DNA from: Lytechinus pictus
Lineage: Eukaryota
DNA length: 64,000 nt
Reading direction: 5' to 3'
Assembly: GCF_037042905.1 (NCBI RefSeq)
Contig: NC_087245.1
Location: 3,536,001 to 3,600,000, forward strand
Shown here: positions 49,486 through 62,740 of the stretch, piece by piece
Layout: every line of letters starts with the position of its first letter
Position numbering within the stretch: the first letter of the stretch is position 1
The notes under the pieces: model-generated
The model's database searches: none
Seen by the model: the letters and a program-made list of their open reading frames with translations, nothing else
Told to the model about the DNA's origin: nothing
Program-made: the position numbers and the translations under genes

Positions 49486-52400
49486 TCAACCATTACATTC
49501 CCACAAGAAACATGGTGGATTTTATGGCATGGCATGTTCATATCTCAAAAAGATAACACGTGGACTTATTACAACAGACTAAATGTATCTTAGACTTGTC
49601 TATTTGTGGATTTCTACTTATGTAACCCATGTCATTGACATTAAACAAGTTGATTTCAGACATGTAGTCTTATGACATATTGAGCATTCTTTGTCTTGGT
49701 TGCCTTGACTTTAACCTTCATATGACACCTCTAGAGAATGGAGGGTTGACATCTCCATCACCTTGCTCTGGGTGTGTCATATTAGTGAGGAGGCGGGTGG
49801 TTGAATAGAGAGAGAGAGAGAGAGAGAAGGGGAGAGGGGGATGGAGAGGTGGATGAGGTGGGTTAAAATGTTCATTATTATTAAGGAATGTAGAAGGGGG
49901 GAGGTAATCTACCTTCATGAGAGAGACAATCATTTCGTACATAATTCAGTTTAAATTGGATAAAGTATAGAAGAAAAAAACCTGACCTCTTATGGGCCCA
50001 TATTCCTTGAACATTGTTTCAGGAATATCATTTGTTGTCTGAATATGCTAAATTTGTTTCTCAATCTCTTTTCCATGTTATGTGCCCCATTTAGGGTCAT
50101 TATGTTTTTTGTTGTAAAGTCTACAATCTACATCCTTCATTAAAATAGTCTTCTCTTGATACCAATGGTGATAATAATGAAGAAGATTACATTCCATTTT
50201 TATTATATAGCAAAAATATATCTTAGTACTTTACATTACTCTGATTATAATGCAGAATTAAACAACATTACAAAAAACTATTTAATCACGCTAGGGATTT
50301 AGTTGTCCATCCACACCAGCAGTGTTTCAAAACTCCTTTTTCATTTAAAAATACAGGTATATTGTATTAAAAAGAGATTACAATAGTCCAAATGACTGCA
50401 GGCTAATCATTAAAAGGTCAAGGTGGTCACTCAGATTGGTGGAGAAATATATTGTTAAATCATTAGTCAGTAATTGGTTAGTGTATCAAGATAACATAGT
50501 TTCCCATTTCATTGATTCCTATAAATGTAGTACTCAAATTTGTAAAATGTTCATTAGATGTGGTAAAAATGTGTGCAGGTGTTTGAGCATGCTTTAAGTT
50601 TTGGTAAAGTTATCCCAAAGTGTACTGACAATGACCCTTATTTTTTCATTGGTAGGCCCTAATATGGAGTGAGTAACGCACTTAGTTTCTAGTGTATATC
50701 TGAATAGATTTCATACATGTAAATCAGGAAACTAAACTGGCAAAGATTGTATAACCTAATTCTTTGTTTCATCTGAAGCTCGAGAAGTATACCCAGAACT
50801 GAAATTATCATCTGACTTTTTTTTTTACTTAGAGAGGAATTTGATGGAACATTTTTTAATGTATCAGATTGTATCATATTTCCTCTACTTCACATTTGTT
50901 TTCTGACTTTTCTCGCTTTTCATTTCATCCAATACAAATTCAGTCAAATCTTGAAGATGAGTACTTATATTTGTTACCTCAAGTTTATGAAATACTCCAG
51001 GACATCTATCTAATTTCCTGATTTATGAATTTGTATAGGGTGAACTATTGGTAGATATTAGATAGGGTCGATTATGAAATAATACTCTGACAGATTAATA
51101 AAGCTTCATAACCTCATGTCTAAAGGCAGTGACTTTAGTATGCAAACATCTCTCCCTGTGTTCCCAAACCAGTCCATGCAGCCACTTGAGTTTAGAATGC
51201 TGTAAAGTACAGGCCCTTGTTACTGATTTATACAGAGCAAATTTAGTAATTTGGGCCAACTTGAATATACTGTCATACATGTAAAGGTTACATGTAGCTC
51301 TTAAAGCCTGGTAGAGCAGATAACTGAATTGCTCACCTGGATAAATTAAGCATTATTAGTATGCATTTTTCAAATACCTTCTCTGTTGTTCAAAATCTAA
51401 TGATATTGTCACTTCACACATCATTTTTAGAGTTGAAATATTTGTTACCAGCCATGATGAAAATAAACTGTTAATCTATTAAATAAGATTAATTGTTTAC
51501 TTCTGAGGCCTACTTGTAATTTCAATTATTCAGCAGTTCATTTTATATTAAGGTTGGAAAATCTTTTGGTACCAGCCCATGTTATAGTATTTCATCTACT
51601 TGTATATGACCAACAACTGTAAACTAAAGCTTTCAAAGAACAGAAGGTGATTCAAAGATATGTCATCAGTTTTGCTGGTCATACTGGTAGGAAGAGTGCA
51701 CAGGACAGGTAATAGGGAATGCCTTTGCAACCTCAGCCAGACAAATGTCTTGTACCATTAGACAGGAACGGAACAATGTCATGGGGTTTAAACACCTTTA
51801 GATTAGAGAATAAAGTTAATTTCTGCTTGATAGCAGATTTGCAATTACAACCTTTGTTATTATTTTGCTCAACAGAATTTGTCACTCTGAAATGGAGTGT
51901 ACGAAGTGGAGAGAAGTAGGTTGGTAGCCTCTAAATCTTTATGTCTTGGGTTACCTTAAGAGCCCAATACAAACCTAAAACCTACTATCTACAAACCACT
52001 ATAAAGCCATAGATCTTATTCTTCATGAAATCATAGAAATGAAAAAGATCAAGGTCCATGAATCCACTCCTACTTTGGGTACTTCTGAGGGTTTGTGCCC
52101 ACAATGGGCGCTAAGTCCTCCTTGGATGAGATGACCAATCTGTTAGCATTGGTCAAGGTGGTGGGTCCCAAAGTGGTCCTCCAATAGTGTTATCCAAACC
52201 ATAAGGTGTGATGTGGGATTTGGAGGATTGAAGGAATTTTTCTGGGCATGCCTAAAATACTTGTTGAGATGCTTTTCATATCAATTTTCTTATATTGCTT
52301 CAATTTCAATTTAGGTCAATGTACTGACTTGCCTTCTCTAGGGAGGAAAGTATATTCTTCAGAGTTATGGGCTTAGGGAGTACAATATAAATATTGCCAT

Positions 52401-55400
52401 TTCTTCCAGAGGGGCAAATAAAGTGAAGTCTGTGCATCGATCTTGCCACCTCACACCATTCTACATCCATTGACCTGCTGTTATAAACTCTGCTTTTATC
52501 TTATCCCTAACCAGGCCATTTTCATGTTTGTTTCAAAGAATATATCTTGGGTTCAGGTGAGTTTCTTGGTGGGGGAGGGGCGGGTTAAAGTTGAGCTTAA
52601 TGTAGGCCTAAGGCAAATGTCTTGCTTGGCCAAAACTTTGCACCAGGCAAAGAGGTGATTCGGGTTTGATCACGGCTGAAACTCAAGAAAGAAAAGGTTT
52701 GGGCTGGCCCAAATTCACAGACGTAAATCTGTGACGTCCCCCCCCCCCCAATCCATAGGTCATACATTGTACATGCACAGTTATGATTACGGTTGGGGTA
52801 AGGTAACTTAGGTTTTAGCTCAGTGTTTTGTTCTGAGTCCTAAAGGAGCTTTGCAGTTTTATGACTTCTGACAACTATAATGTATTTGGCCAGACCAATA
52901 GCTCTATGGCCAGACCAGTACTCTGTAAATGTGAAAGACTCGCTTCAGGTAGATTTTGGCATGCCAAATTATGAGTGAGATGCAGAGTATCTTTCATAAT
53001 TTCTCCCACTGGTACTTCCACAAATTACTAGTATTGTTGTTAATTGTACATGTACATATGAATTCCCTGCATGTGCTTGCTAAAACCCATGGCTAATGTG
53101 TGACCATAGAGCTATAGCTCCATGGTGTGACTAATGAAAATTGAAATATCAAGTGAATTTGTGTTAGAAATCAGAATTGTTCACTGTGTTCTAAAGAGGA
53201 CTTGCATTTCTGGTTCATAGTTTTACATTTCCAAGTGCAACTGTGATGACTGATTCCACCATTATTTACAAACTGATATGGTGTATCTTTTAAAGTGATT
53301 AGTAAGATTTAGTGGGATTGATTTTGTTTATCAGCAGACAGTAGGTATTAAGTTTGTCACTGTTTAAATAACCTAAGCAAATACATTTAGAATGATTTCT
53401 TTTAAAAGTAATTATTTTTTGAACCCCCTAATCATCCAATGTACTTACAGTATGCTTATGTGTATGTTTGTGCTAACTAAATAAAACAATTGCTTAATCA
53501 ATGGTAACTTTAGATTAAAATGTTAAATCAAAGTTGATGGTAGGGTATGTTTTTATGGCACTAGGTTTGGACCATCAACTAAGTGGTGCAGGTGAGGTTA
53601 TACTCGCATTTGGACACTGTTATTCATGAGATAAGATAATTGAGTCATAAGGATGATGTACTTTATTGTGGTTGGTGTTCCTGGAAGTGTGGAGGCTGTT
53701 TAGGTTCCTGTAATGCCTAAAACTTGTTATCCCACAGGGTGGTGCAAAGGAAATATTAATCCCTCAGATGCAAATCTCAGAACATCTTTTCCTTACCCAG
53801 GTTTATGCTTGTGCCAATCATAAAGTAATATGTATTATTATTTAGTGTGTAATAACAAATATCAGCAACACCATCCCTTTTTTTAACAAGACAGGTCAGA
53901 CAATTTGTAGACAAAGCAGTTGACTTAATGTATCAAGAAAAGGGGAGAATGTTTGCTCAAGCATTATTGTCATTAACATTATGATTTAATTGTTTAGAAA
54001 GATTTTATGGACAAAGCTTGAATGTCATAAGAACTAAAAACTACTATTTTGCACATATTTTATGCTCCTCTTTCACTTAGCACTAATAGGGGGGGGGGGC
54101 ACTTCCACTCCCCCCCCCCCCCCCGGGAAAATTGTCAAACTTTCTTATGTTACTAATTGGGATTTGCTGACTTCATCATTTTAAGTTCTTATTATCATGT
54201 GCATAGAAGATTTAGGGATGTCACAAAGTCAATCTACAAGACTTGTGATTTTTCAGTTGTTGCTTTCAACCATAAAATGGTCCATTTATCAGGTCGTTAG
54301 CAAGACAATAAAAATCTTTTGTCATTTTTTGTGATTTCATAGGAGCATCAAGGATAGCTCGATGATGTTATTGTGCTGAGCTCTCCATGCTACATGGTTT
54401 TCAAATGAGACACTTCAAAGGTAGCCTACCTCTTTTTAATGATGGGCTATGAAATCTTGATTTCTTAAGGTTGAACTTTTGACCTTATGATATGCTTGTC
54501 TTACATTAATCATATACAATTTGATGACATTTGTATTTATTTGATCCAAGCCTTCATATTAACCTTGATGTTTGTTGAAGATCAATGCCCCTTTTCAGGT
54601 AATGTTAACCTGACATTCCATGAGTTTCTAGTTTTGACTCTCAAGTTTAAACATGAATTAGGGTACATGCAGCACACAGATCTAAATCCTAAAGTTGAGA
54701 TGATTTTGTTTTTGTAATAATTTATGATAATATTTGTATAATGAGCTACCAAATACATCATGAACACAAAACCATAAACAATCTTAATTAAACAGATATT
54801 TGACCATTTATGAAATTAATAAAGTCTATTGATTTTTGTATGAACCACCAACTGCATGTGGGCTTACCCTGTTTCATCTCATCAGCTAGCCTAGCAGGAA
54901 ATCTGCTTGTAAAACCCTGAAACCGAGAAGCGGTCCTTGACAATATATTGTGAACCCTCATTTATACTTCCTAAGACTAAGAGTCTTTTGTTTAAAACTT
55001 TTAAGATTTGCAGCACTTGAAGATTTATAACAATGATTTCGCCATCCAGAGTCACATCAACCTAAAAGCATTTAATCATGCGGAGCAGTGCGGGTCAGAC
55101 AGATATCAGGCTTTGAAAATCATAATGAAAGAAATGTTCCAATCATTGAGTTTGATTAGCGCGATTGAGTTCAAAGTACTAGAACTAGATGTATTACCAT
55201 TATTGTATTTTGTTTCTTTAATCATTCAGGAATAAAAAGTGCAGATGAATCATTTTCACTCAATTCTGTCCTATAACATTGCTTTGTGATCTAACTAACT
55301 ATTGAAAACTATATTGTTGGCCCAAGATAAAAGTAAAATGGTTCACACATGTAAGCCCAATATTTCCCAGTGTTTCCTTAAACAATCAAGAGATACTTAG

Positions 55401-57981
55401 TATTGAAGTAAAAGTAAAGCTTCTATTTCTAGTTTACATGATGGTGAAGATCCATGAATGGACCATTTAGCATACAATCTTGTAAAAAATCAAACTATTA
55501 GATCATACTGTAACACTGCCTTTAATTTTTTGCTACAATAGCCAATATTACAACTGAGACAAGAGAAACCCTTTACAATCTTTATATCAAATTTATAAAG
55601 TTTCACCAGATCCATTCACCCAACTATGTACATGTAATGATGTGTGCAAATCAGTATGTAATTCCTATACGTGGAGAGCTGCCATGTGACCAGAGCATTG
55701 TTAATATCTGATAATTTGAAATATTGTACCGAAAAGTCACCTGAAAATGTGAGCAGATGATCTCTTGCATTGATGTGTTCATGGAAGGTTGACAATTATG
55801 AGACAACTTCCTGCCAATTTTCCTTCAACTCTTAGTTTAGACCGTGGATATATTAACATACCTTTGCATTTCTTATTCAAATGGAGAGAAATTACTAATG
55901 AAGCATTTGAATTCATTAAGTACATTGGGTTCAACAATGTTGACAGACCACTTTACAGGGTTAGAATAAACAGACCCAGTTTGTTTTGGGGCTTTACTCT
56001 TGAATCTAGTTCTTGTAGGCAGCTTTGTAAAACCTATTCTAGTCTTTGTCAAGGGGATATTACAGGGCTTGAAGACTTGCCAGATTGGTAAAATATAACA
56101 CATGAAAGTGGCAAAACTTTATCCTCCTGGAAATTATTTTGAGAGAGGTACTTTGGGCTTTCTTATGTTACAGCCTATTGAGCTATTGCTAAGGCTTTAA
56201 TATTTATATTTGATACAAAATGATTTTTAAACTAGGCCTACCTGTTTACATGTATCTGCAGTTTGTATTATAGATTTTCTGGTCTATTCAAGTACAAGTT
56301 TATTTGATTTAAACTTTGTCTCTAATCCATAATAGTGCTTAGCTGAATATATGGTAGGCCTACATGTATGAGTGGTGTAGAACAAGTTTAAGTTGATTTT
56401 CTTTTTTGATAGATTGAATAATTACCAAGGAAGTTTAGGATTAACATATTGACTTCAAATGCTTTAATTTTGTTGAAGAATGACCAAAGAGATTCTATTT
56501 TGTATGAACTTTCCACTTGTCTTAATGTCAACAGAAACTGTGTCATTAGTTAATACTCCTACTCCTACATGCCCATGCAGGAATTATGAGTACCTGTTTA
56601 TTTATTTTTTATTGCTAATCAATAGTACTTCTAGAAAGTCATTGTGATATGAAAGGTACATGTACAATGCTGGTAGATCATCATGCAATATAAATTTATT
56701 TTATGTGTAATGGCAGGAAATAAACTTTGTGCACATGATATCTTCATTTAAGTAGTCAAATTCTGTTTAACAAATTTGAATTTCATTTTAAATTGAACTG
56801 ATTCAATCATGTTTTATGTGATTCTAAACTTTGGAATGTATGATATGACTTCCCTTTAGCAATAAATTTGAAGGGAATATCTGGCCTGTTTGTTTCTCCT
56901 TGCCTCGTGTAGAATGCAAAGCCATGCATATGACATAAAGGAATGCTTATAAAATTCATGGAGGAGAAATACTTTTGAAACAAATTCATCGCTGGAGGGA
57001 CATAAATTTTGACTCACAGTACAAAAATGTTGATGTTGAGAGTTTCTAGCCAACATTCCACCCCTCAAAATAGGGGTTTATGGTGAAGGTATTCAAGTTT
57101 ATGATAAGAAACTATTCCACTGGTACAGGACTCTAATAAATTTTGGTCATACACATGTATTAAAAAAGAAATGCATTTTCATACTTATATTATATTTTGA
57201 TGTGGGCACTAGAGGCATTATTATTTTATGTTTTCATTCATTTGGATAAGTACTTGTATAAGACATAAGTTTGATTAAAAAAAAAAAAAAAAAGAGAACA
57301 TTTTTAGGCATTGAATGATAAAAAGTTTCAGTTTCTTTAAAATCTTTTCTTCTTTCCAGGTTAATAATAAAGATATTGGGCCTTTGAACATATCCATAGC
57401 AGGGCGGTAGCTGGAATATCATTGTGCCAATTATTTATTTATTTATTCATTCATTCATTCATTCATTTTTATATTTTATGTACTCTTTTAATCTGCGTTT
57501 TTATTTAATTTAATAAACATTTATTTTTTGAATCATTCTATTGATAAAAAATATGTTTCAGTTAAACTTATGGAAATAGTGATTGATATGCACAAGTTTA
57601 GATTAAAGATCTGACATGTATAGTCATGTGAAAAGACAAGGTACCTAGAAGTAAAACTAGTTAAAAAGAGACAGAGTTAAACTGGAAATGAGCATACCAT
57701 TAAGCAAAAATTATATACATCTGCAGGAAAAGTAGGAAGCTGTTCCCTCTTTTGATCTGGATAAGTGATTTGATTTTGTTAAAGTTTCCATAGTAGGAAA
57801 AATAAGAAAAAAGGAATCCCAAAAGTGATTTTGGATTGAAATATTTGTTTTTGTCTAGTGGTCTATTGTACTTTTTTAGAAAATGAATTTCAAACTACAT
57901 GTATCAGACAATATGCCGACACCTGTCTTGACAATAGTACATAAAAACCTTAAATATCATGAACAGCCTATGTGATTCTTT

Positions 57982-58384
57982 AGGCGGTGCTGCACCATCC
58001 GGAGTTTGCTCAATCTCGAGATTTTAGCCCGATCCGCCCTCTTCGCGATTAATCTTGAGACTCAAGAGACCCCGTCTCCACCATCACAAGAAGAGAGTGA
58101 TTCCTGCTCGAGTGAGGCATCGATGCATTTTGGTCTGACGCCGTGAATAAATAATCCTGAGTGCGTCTGCACCTGCGAATTAGCGCGATAATTCGTAAAA
58201 TAGCACACTATTTTGCAAATAATCCCAAGTTGACTTGGGATTGCAATCTCGAGATTAATCCTAGGAACTAGCGCGATAATTGCGTCTCCATTACAGATAA
58301 TCTCGAGATTGTTCAGATCAGGATAATTTGCCGGATCAGAAATAGCGCGCTAATTTGAAAACTCGGGATAGTGCAGACGGCCCT
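57982..58384. mobile_element. Harbinger-like MITE (degenerate)
   Basis: agg(c)ggtgctgcaccatcc ... ggatagtgcagacggccct imperfect TIR; internal gcgtct(g/c)ca and atctcgagatt repeats. Confidence 0.65.
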
Positions 58385-59224
58385 ATTGACATGTTGACAT
58401 GACTCTATCCAGAACAAGATTGTTTTTCACACAATATATGCAAAAGATGTTGGCCACACTTACAGTTTACAAGTACCTTATTGACCTCTTAATTACAGAT
58501 TGATCTAGCGTTAGAATCAAATAGACCGCTCATCATTTAATTTGATTGAATGTCCAAGAACCTTTTCTGAAATAGCAGATCAAGATGAGACTGACTGTAC
58601 CAGAGCTTCGGAAGGAATATCTTCCACGTTGATTGATAAATTGGATCTTGTTAGCTACTTACAGGTAATGATTTAAGCAGTCATCATGCCTCCTATATGT
58701 ACCTTAGCAGTGGCCATAACCTGTGGACAACACAAAGTAAAAGGAATCAGCTAATACTAATACTTATATGCAATTTGGAAAGTTTTATGGAGTTGTTGTG
58801 GCTAAATCCACTTACTTGAATACTTCATATTAATCCCTCTGTGGTATTTTATGATCAAAAGGCTAGATATAATAATAATAATGTGGACATTTGTAATGCA
58901 CCGGTATCTATCATAAATAGATGCTGATGGCGCAGTAAAAAAAAAGAAGAAGTGAAAAATATATATGTATTTTATGTCGAAAAAACTTTGGATACAAAAT
59001 TATTATATCAAAGAACTATAACATAAATCAAAACCACTTTGTTGCACAAATGTGGTAAATTGTTCCCTGAATTTGGATAACTAAATATTTTTATATCTTA
59101 TTCCAAATATATCCGATGAAACTGTATATAAATTTGATATAAAGATGTGTTTTCTCGTGTCTTGATTATAAAATTTGTGAATCATGAAGGCACATTGATA
59201 TGTGTTACAAGATGGTATAATAAA

Positions 59225-59695
59225 TATGCTTTTCACATTGCATTTCCTTAACCCCATACTATCCTTAACCCCGGACTATCCTTAACCCCATACTATTTTT
59301 TTTTTGGATTCACACTGTCTTTCTTAACCCCATACTATCTGCTTAGCCGGGGTTAACGCCTTAACCCCGGACTATCCCACAGCTCATTAATATTGATGAT
59401 TTTACCATACAGAGCGTGATTAATGTGCAATTTCGACTTCTGTGATTGGCTATTGCTTAGCCCCACTTTTCCTTAGCCCAGTTTCGTTTCACACTGCATC
59501 TCTTAGCACCGCAATTGTGGTGCTAGCACCGCAATAAGGCAGCTAACCCTGCTTTTTTGCAGGGCCAGATAATACCGTACTCGCCCACTTTGCTAAAACG
59601 TAGTGTGAAAACGAATTGGGCTAAGCTTAACCCCGGGAAATTAGCCCCACCAATTTCCCGGGGTTAAGGAAAAAAAGTACAGTGTGAAAAGCATA
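59225..59695. mobile_element. Harbinger-like MITE
   Basis: TATGCTTTTCACA(T/C)TG ... CAGTGTGAAAAGCATA; internal cttaacccc repeats; flanks aaa/taa. Confidence 0.8.
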
Positions 59696-60087
59696 TAAAT
59701 GTACCCTGGACGAACTCTCATCATTCTATGAGCTTCACCTTTACTTCAATACCAAGTATCTCCTGCACCCCTATAACCATACACCTGTTACCCATCTCTC
59801 CCATTCCAATCATGTCAATGCACCCTAAAGAGCTAACATCCTATCAAAAACAGTCCTCATCCTGCGCTTCTGTCTGAATATATTCACCATACAACTTCCT
59901 TTTATCTACCTACCACTCTCAATTTCCATATTTCTTCCTCACTCTTTCCGTCAGTCTGTCTCTCTTTTCTAACCTTTTTATATTCGATACCTGTCTATCT
60001 CATCTATTTGATTGTTTATAAAAAAGATATAAATCAATTGAACTTCTCAGTAGTCTATTCCAATATTTTTTTTCCTGAGGAGAGTAA

Positions 60088-60724
60088 TACCCCTTTCATA
60101 TTGCGCTTTTCACCGGCGAACTTCACCGGCGAAGTTCGCCAGCGAAGGGGAAAGTGTCCAGTATGAAAGGTACACATGAGAACTTCACCGGTGAAGTTCA
60201 CCGCGAACTTCTCCACCTCTAGAGGTGGAGAACTTCGCCGGTGAAAAGGCCAGTATGAAAGCAAACCGGATAACTTCTCCTCTTTAATGACGTCAGAGGT
60301 CAATTTTTTTCTTCTCTCCCGAAGTCCCCTGTACCGAGATTTCGCGCGCAATAGTTGCAAGCTCAGCTGAATGCTATGGCCAAGTAGATACCCTCTAACA
60401 TAATTTTTTCTACTAATAATATTTATTAAAAAGCAATTTTTACATGTATAAAATGCGCTAAAATATAAACACAAGGTGATATTGTTTGTTTTTATCGCAA
60501 TACTTCCAAAATATGTTGTAATTAATTTTTTTGATACCTTTTTTTAATAGGTAAAAAGTAATGTTTACAATTTTCTTTCGTTTGTTCTGCAATTGCCCGT
60601 TGACTTTCGCCGGGGAAGAAATGTCAGTGCGAAAGGGGAAATTTTTTTCTTCGCCGGGGAAGTGAGGAATGCGAGGCGATGAAGTTCGCCGGTGAAAAAT
60701 GAAGTGGGCAGTATGAAAGGGGTA
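60088..60724. mobile_element. PIF/Harbinger-type MITE
   Basis: TAA|TACCCCTTTCATA(T/C)TGC ... GCAGTATGAAAGGGGTA|TAA; internal gaacttcaccggtgaagttc palindromes. Confidence 0.88.
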
Positions 60725-61502
60725 TAAATTGCTAGCACTATCAAAGGTTACCCACTGTAAATTTTTTATTTCATTTTAACCTGCTCCACCCTCTTTGGAT
60801 AGTATACCTTTATTTTTTGAGGATCGGTAGTTGTTGGGTCTTTTTATCCATTAAAAGTAATTTGACAACCTTGACCCTGAGACATGACATATGGTGGACT
60901 AGAAACCATGAAATGAACTTCATTTGACTTCAAGAGGGCTCTTTTGGCCTGTTCAATTTACAGGTGTAAAGGTGGAAGCCAGATGGAGAGTACCATTCTC
61001 CTTTCTTCCACCTTCCCCAGTACTCCATTTTCCATGGGATTTTACCATGGACCATACAACCCCTCTGCTAATTTTTTTGGTGCTATAAATGGAAATAATG
61101 GAGGGATGTTTATAGGTCTGTAATCTCTGCAAATAATGCAGAAATCTCTAAGCATTGACCATCAAGCAACCAGTAACTGCATCTGTATGAAACAATTCCG
61201 AAAGGCATATAAAGTATATGTTCATGTAAATGTATAGAGCTTCATGATCGAAGGAAATGTGTGGTGCAAATACCTTTACATTCAACCTTTTTCACTATGT
61301 GTAGGTCTACATCATGTAGAAATCTATAAATACATAAAGTGATATTCTAGTCAGGATTTGAGGGTAACTTTGATAACAAAGTTATCCTGAACAAGCTGAA
61401 GACCATTGACATATGGAGGATACATGCCAACGGCAGTCTGTACTTTACAGGAAAAAGAAGAAGAAGATACATGTATGTAGGGAGTTACGTTTGTTACAAG
61501 AC

Positions 61503-61685
61503 CAGATGGATGTTTGATAAAGCTGTTCGTACATGTAAGTTAAGAGAGACTTTAAGAACGACTGGTGATCCTTTTTTATGGTAAATGGTATATTCAATGG
61601 CGATGGTTTAGTGCGTAAGAAAAGATCACCAGTCGCTCTTAAAGTCGCTCTTAACTTACGAACAGCTTTATGAAACGGCCCCCTG
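61503..61685. mobile_element. Short hairpin MITE
   Basis: ataaagctgttcgt..aagttaagag.gactttaaga.cgactggtga is inverted to tcaccagtcgctcttaaagtcgctcttaacttacgaacagctttat. Confidence 0.8.
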
Positions 61686-62423
61686 TATCACTAGATCCCA
61701 GTTGTCAGGTTGTGAACATGCTGGTATTCAAACCGAAACTAGTAAGAAAATATGATATAGTATCAAACCAGATGTGTCCTTTGGATTGGTGTGAAGAGAA
61801 AAGAGGATATGCTCCATTTACACTACATGGGTCCTTTTCTAAATGATGTATGAAAACCTTGCGTGTCATACATGTATCATAATCCTAGTCCTACGGGCAC
61901 TTTACACCCCAAATTTCAAATTTCTTGAGGATCTCTGTCTTGGGAGGAAAAATGCATTTGTTTTCTTTTGCAAAATTTGCAAAACATCCTTTATGCTACT
62001 AGTTTCAATAGAAGACATTTAGTATACTCTTGAACTGATAACCCTTGGTACATTTCATCTATTACAGTTAAACATTCCAAGGTCATGAGCATGTTGACTG
62101 TGAAGAAGCTGTGATCAGATGTGTTTTATTGAAGATGACAAGAATAAGATTTATGTGTCTGAGGGTCTGAGGGCAATAAAGGTACAAGGGCCGCACCTCT
62201 GTTATTCGAGAATACTTCCAATCATAGAAATTCTCCACTCCTACAAAGATTAACAGAATTGACAATCAATTTACTTATGTTGTCATGACAAGAGCATTCA
62301 ATCAGACATTCAAACAAGCCAAGAATTTACTTATGAAATCAGAAATCTGCTCTGTAAATGTAAAATATAAAATGTCCTATTCAATGTCTTTTTAGGTACA
62401 TCACAGTTAGGCAGTTGTACTTG

Positions 62424-62740
62424 GTTTTGTCTCACCTGCATAGCAGAGTGAGACTATATGCTCTGCTTTTCCAATGGTGGTGGCATCAACATCAAATCTT
62501 AATAACCTAAGGTTAAGTTTTTGAAATGTCATCATAACTTAAAAAGGATATGGACCTAGTTCATGAAACTTGGCCATAAGGGTAATCAAATAATACTGAA
62601 GATCCTGCCTGAGTTTCAAGACACATGACCAAGGTCATAAGTCATTTAGGGTCAATGAACTTTGGCTAAGTTGGGGGTATTTGTTGAATTACCAACATAA
62701 CTTTATTTGAGGTAAAAAATATCACTGAACATCCTTTCAG
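62424..62740 (+). mobile_element. HINE-like element, second (3'-truncated) copy
   Basis: ttttgtctcacctgcatagcagagtgagacta...aggttaagtttttgaaatg...gtcatttagggtca shared with 10346-10702. Confidence 0.6.

Noticed and set aside
59700..59990. Possible 3' end of a CR1/L2-like LINE (KNSP-IP-like remnant)
   Set aside because: Too degenerate and frameshifted to support by eye; needs a profile search.
60055..60474. 139-aa minus-strand ORF
   Set aside because: Lies almost entirely within a Harbinger-type MITE made of short palindromic repeats; no domain resemblance.
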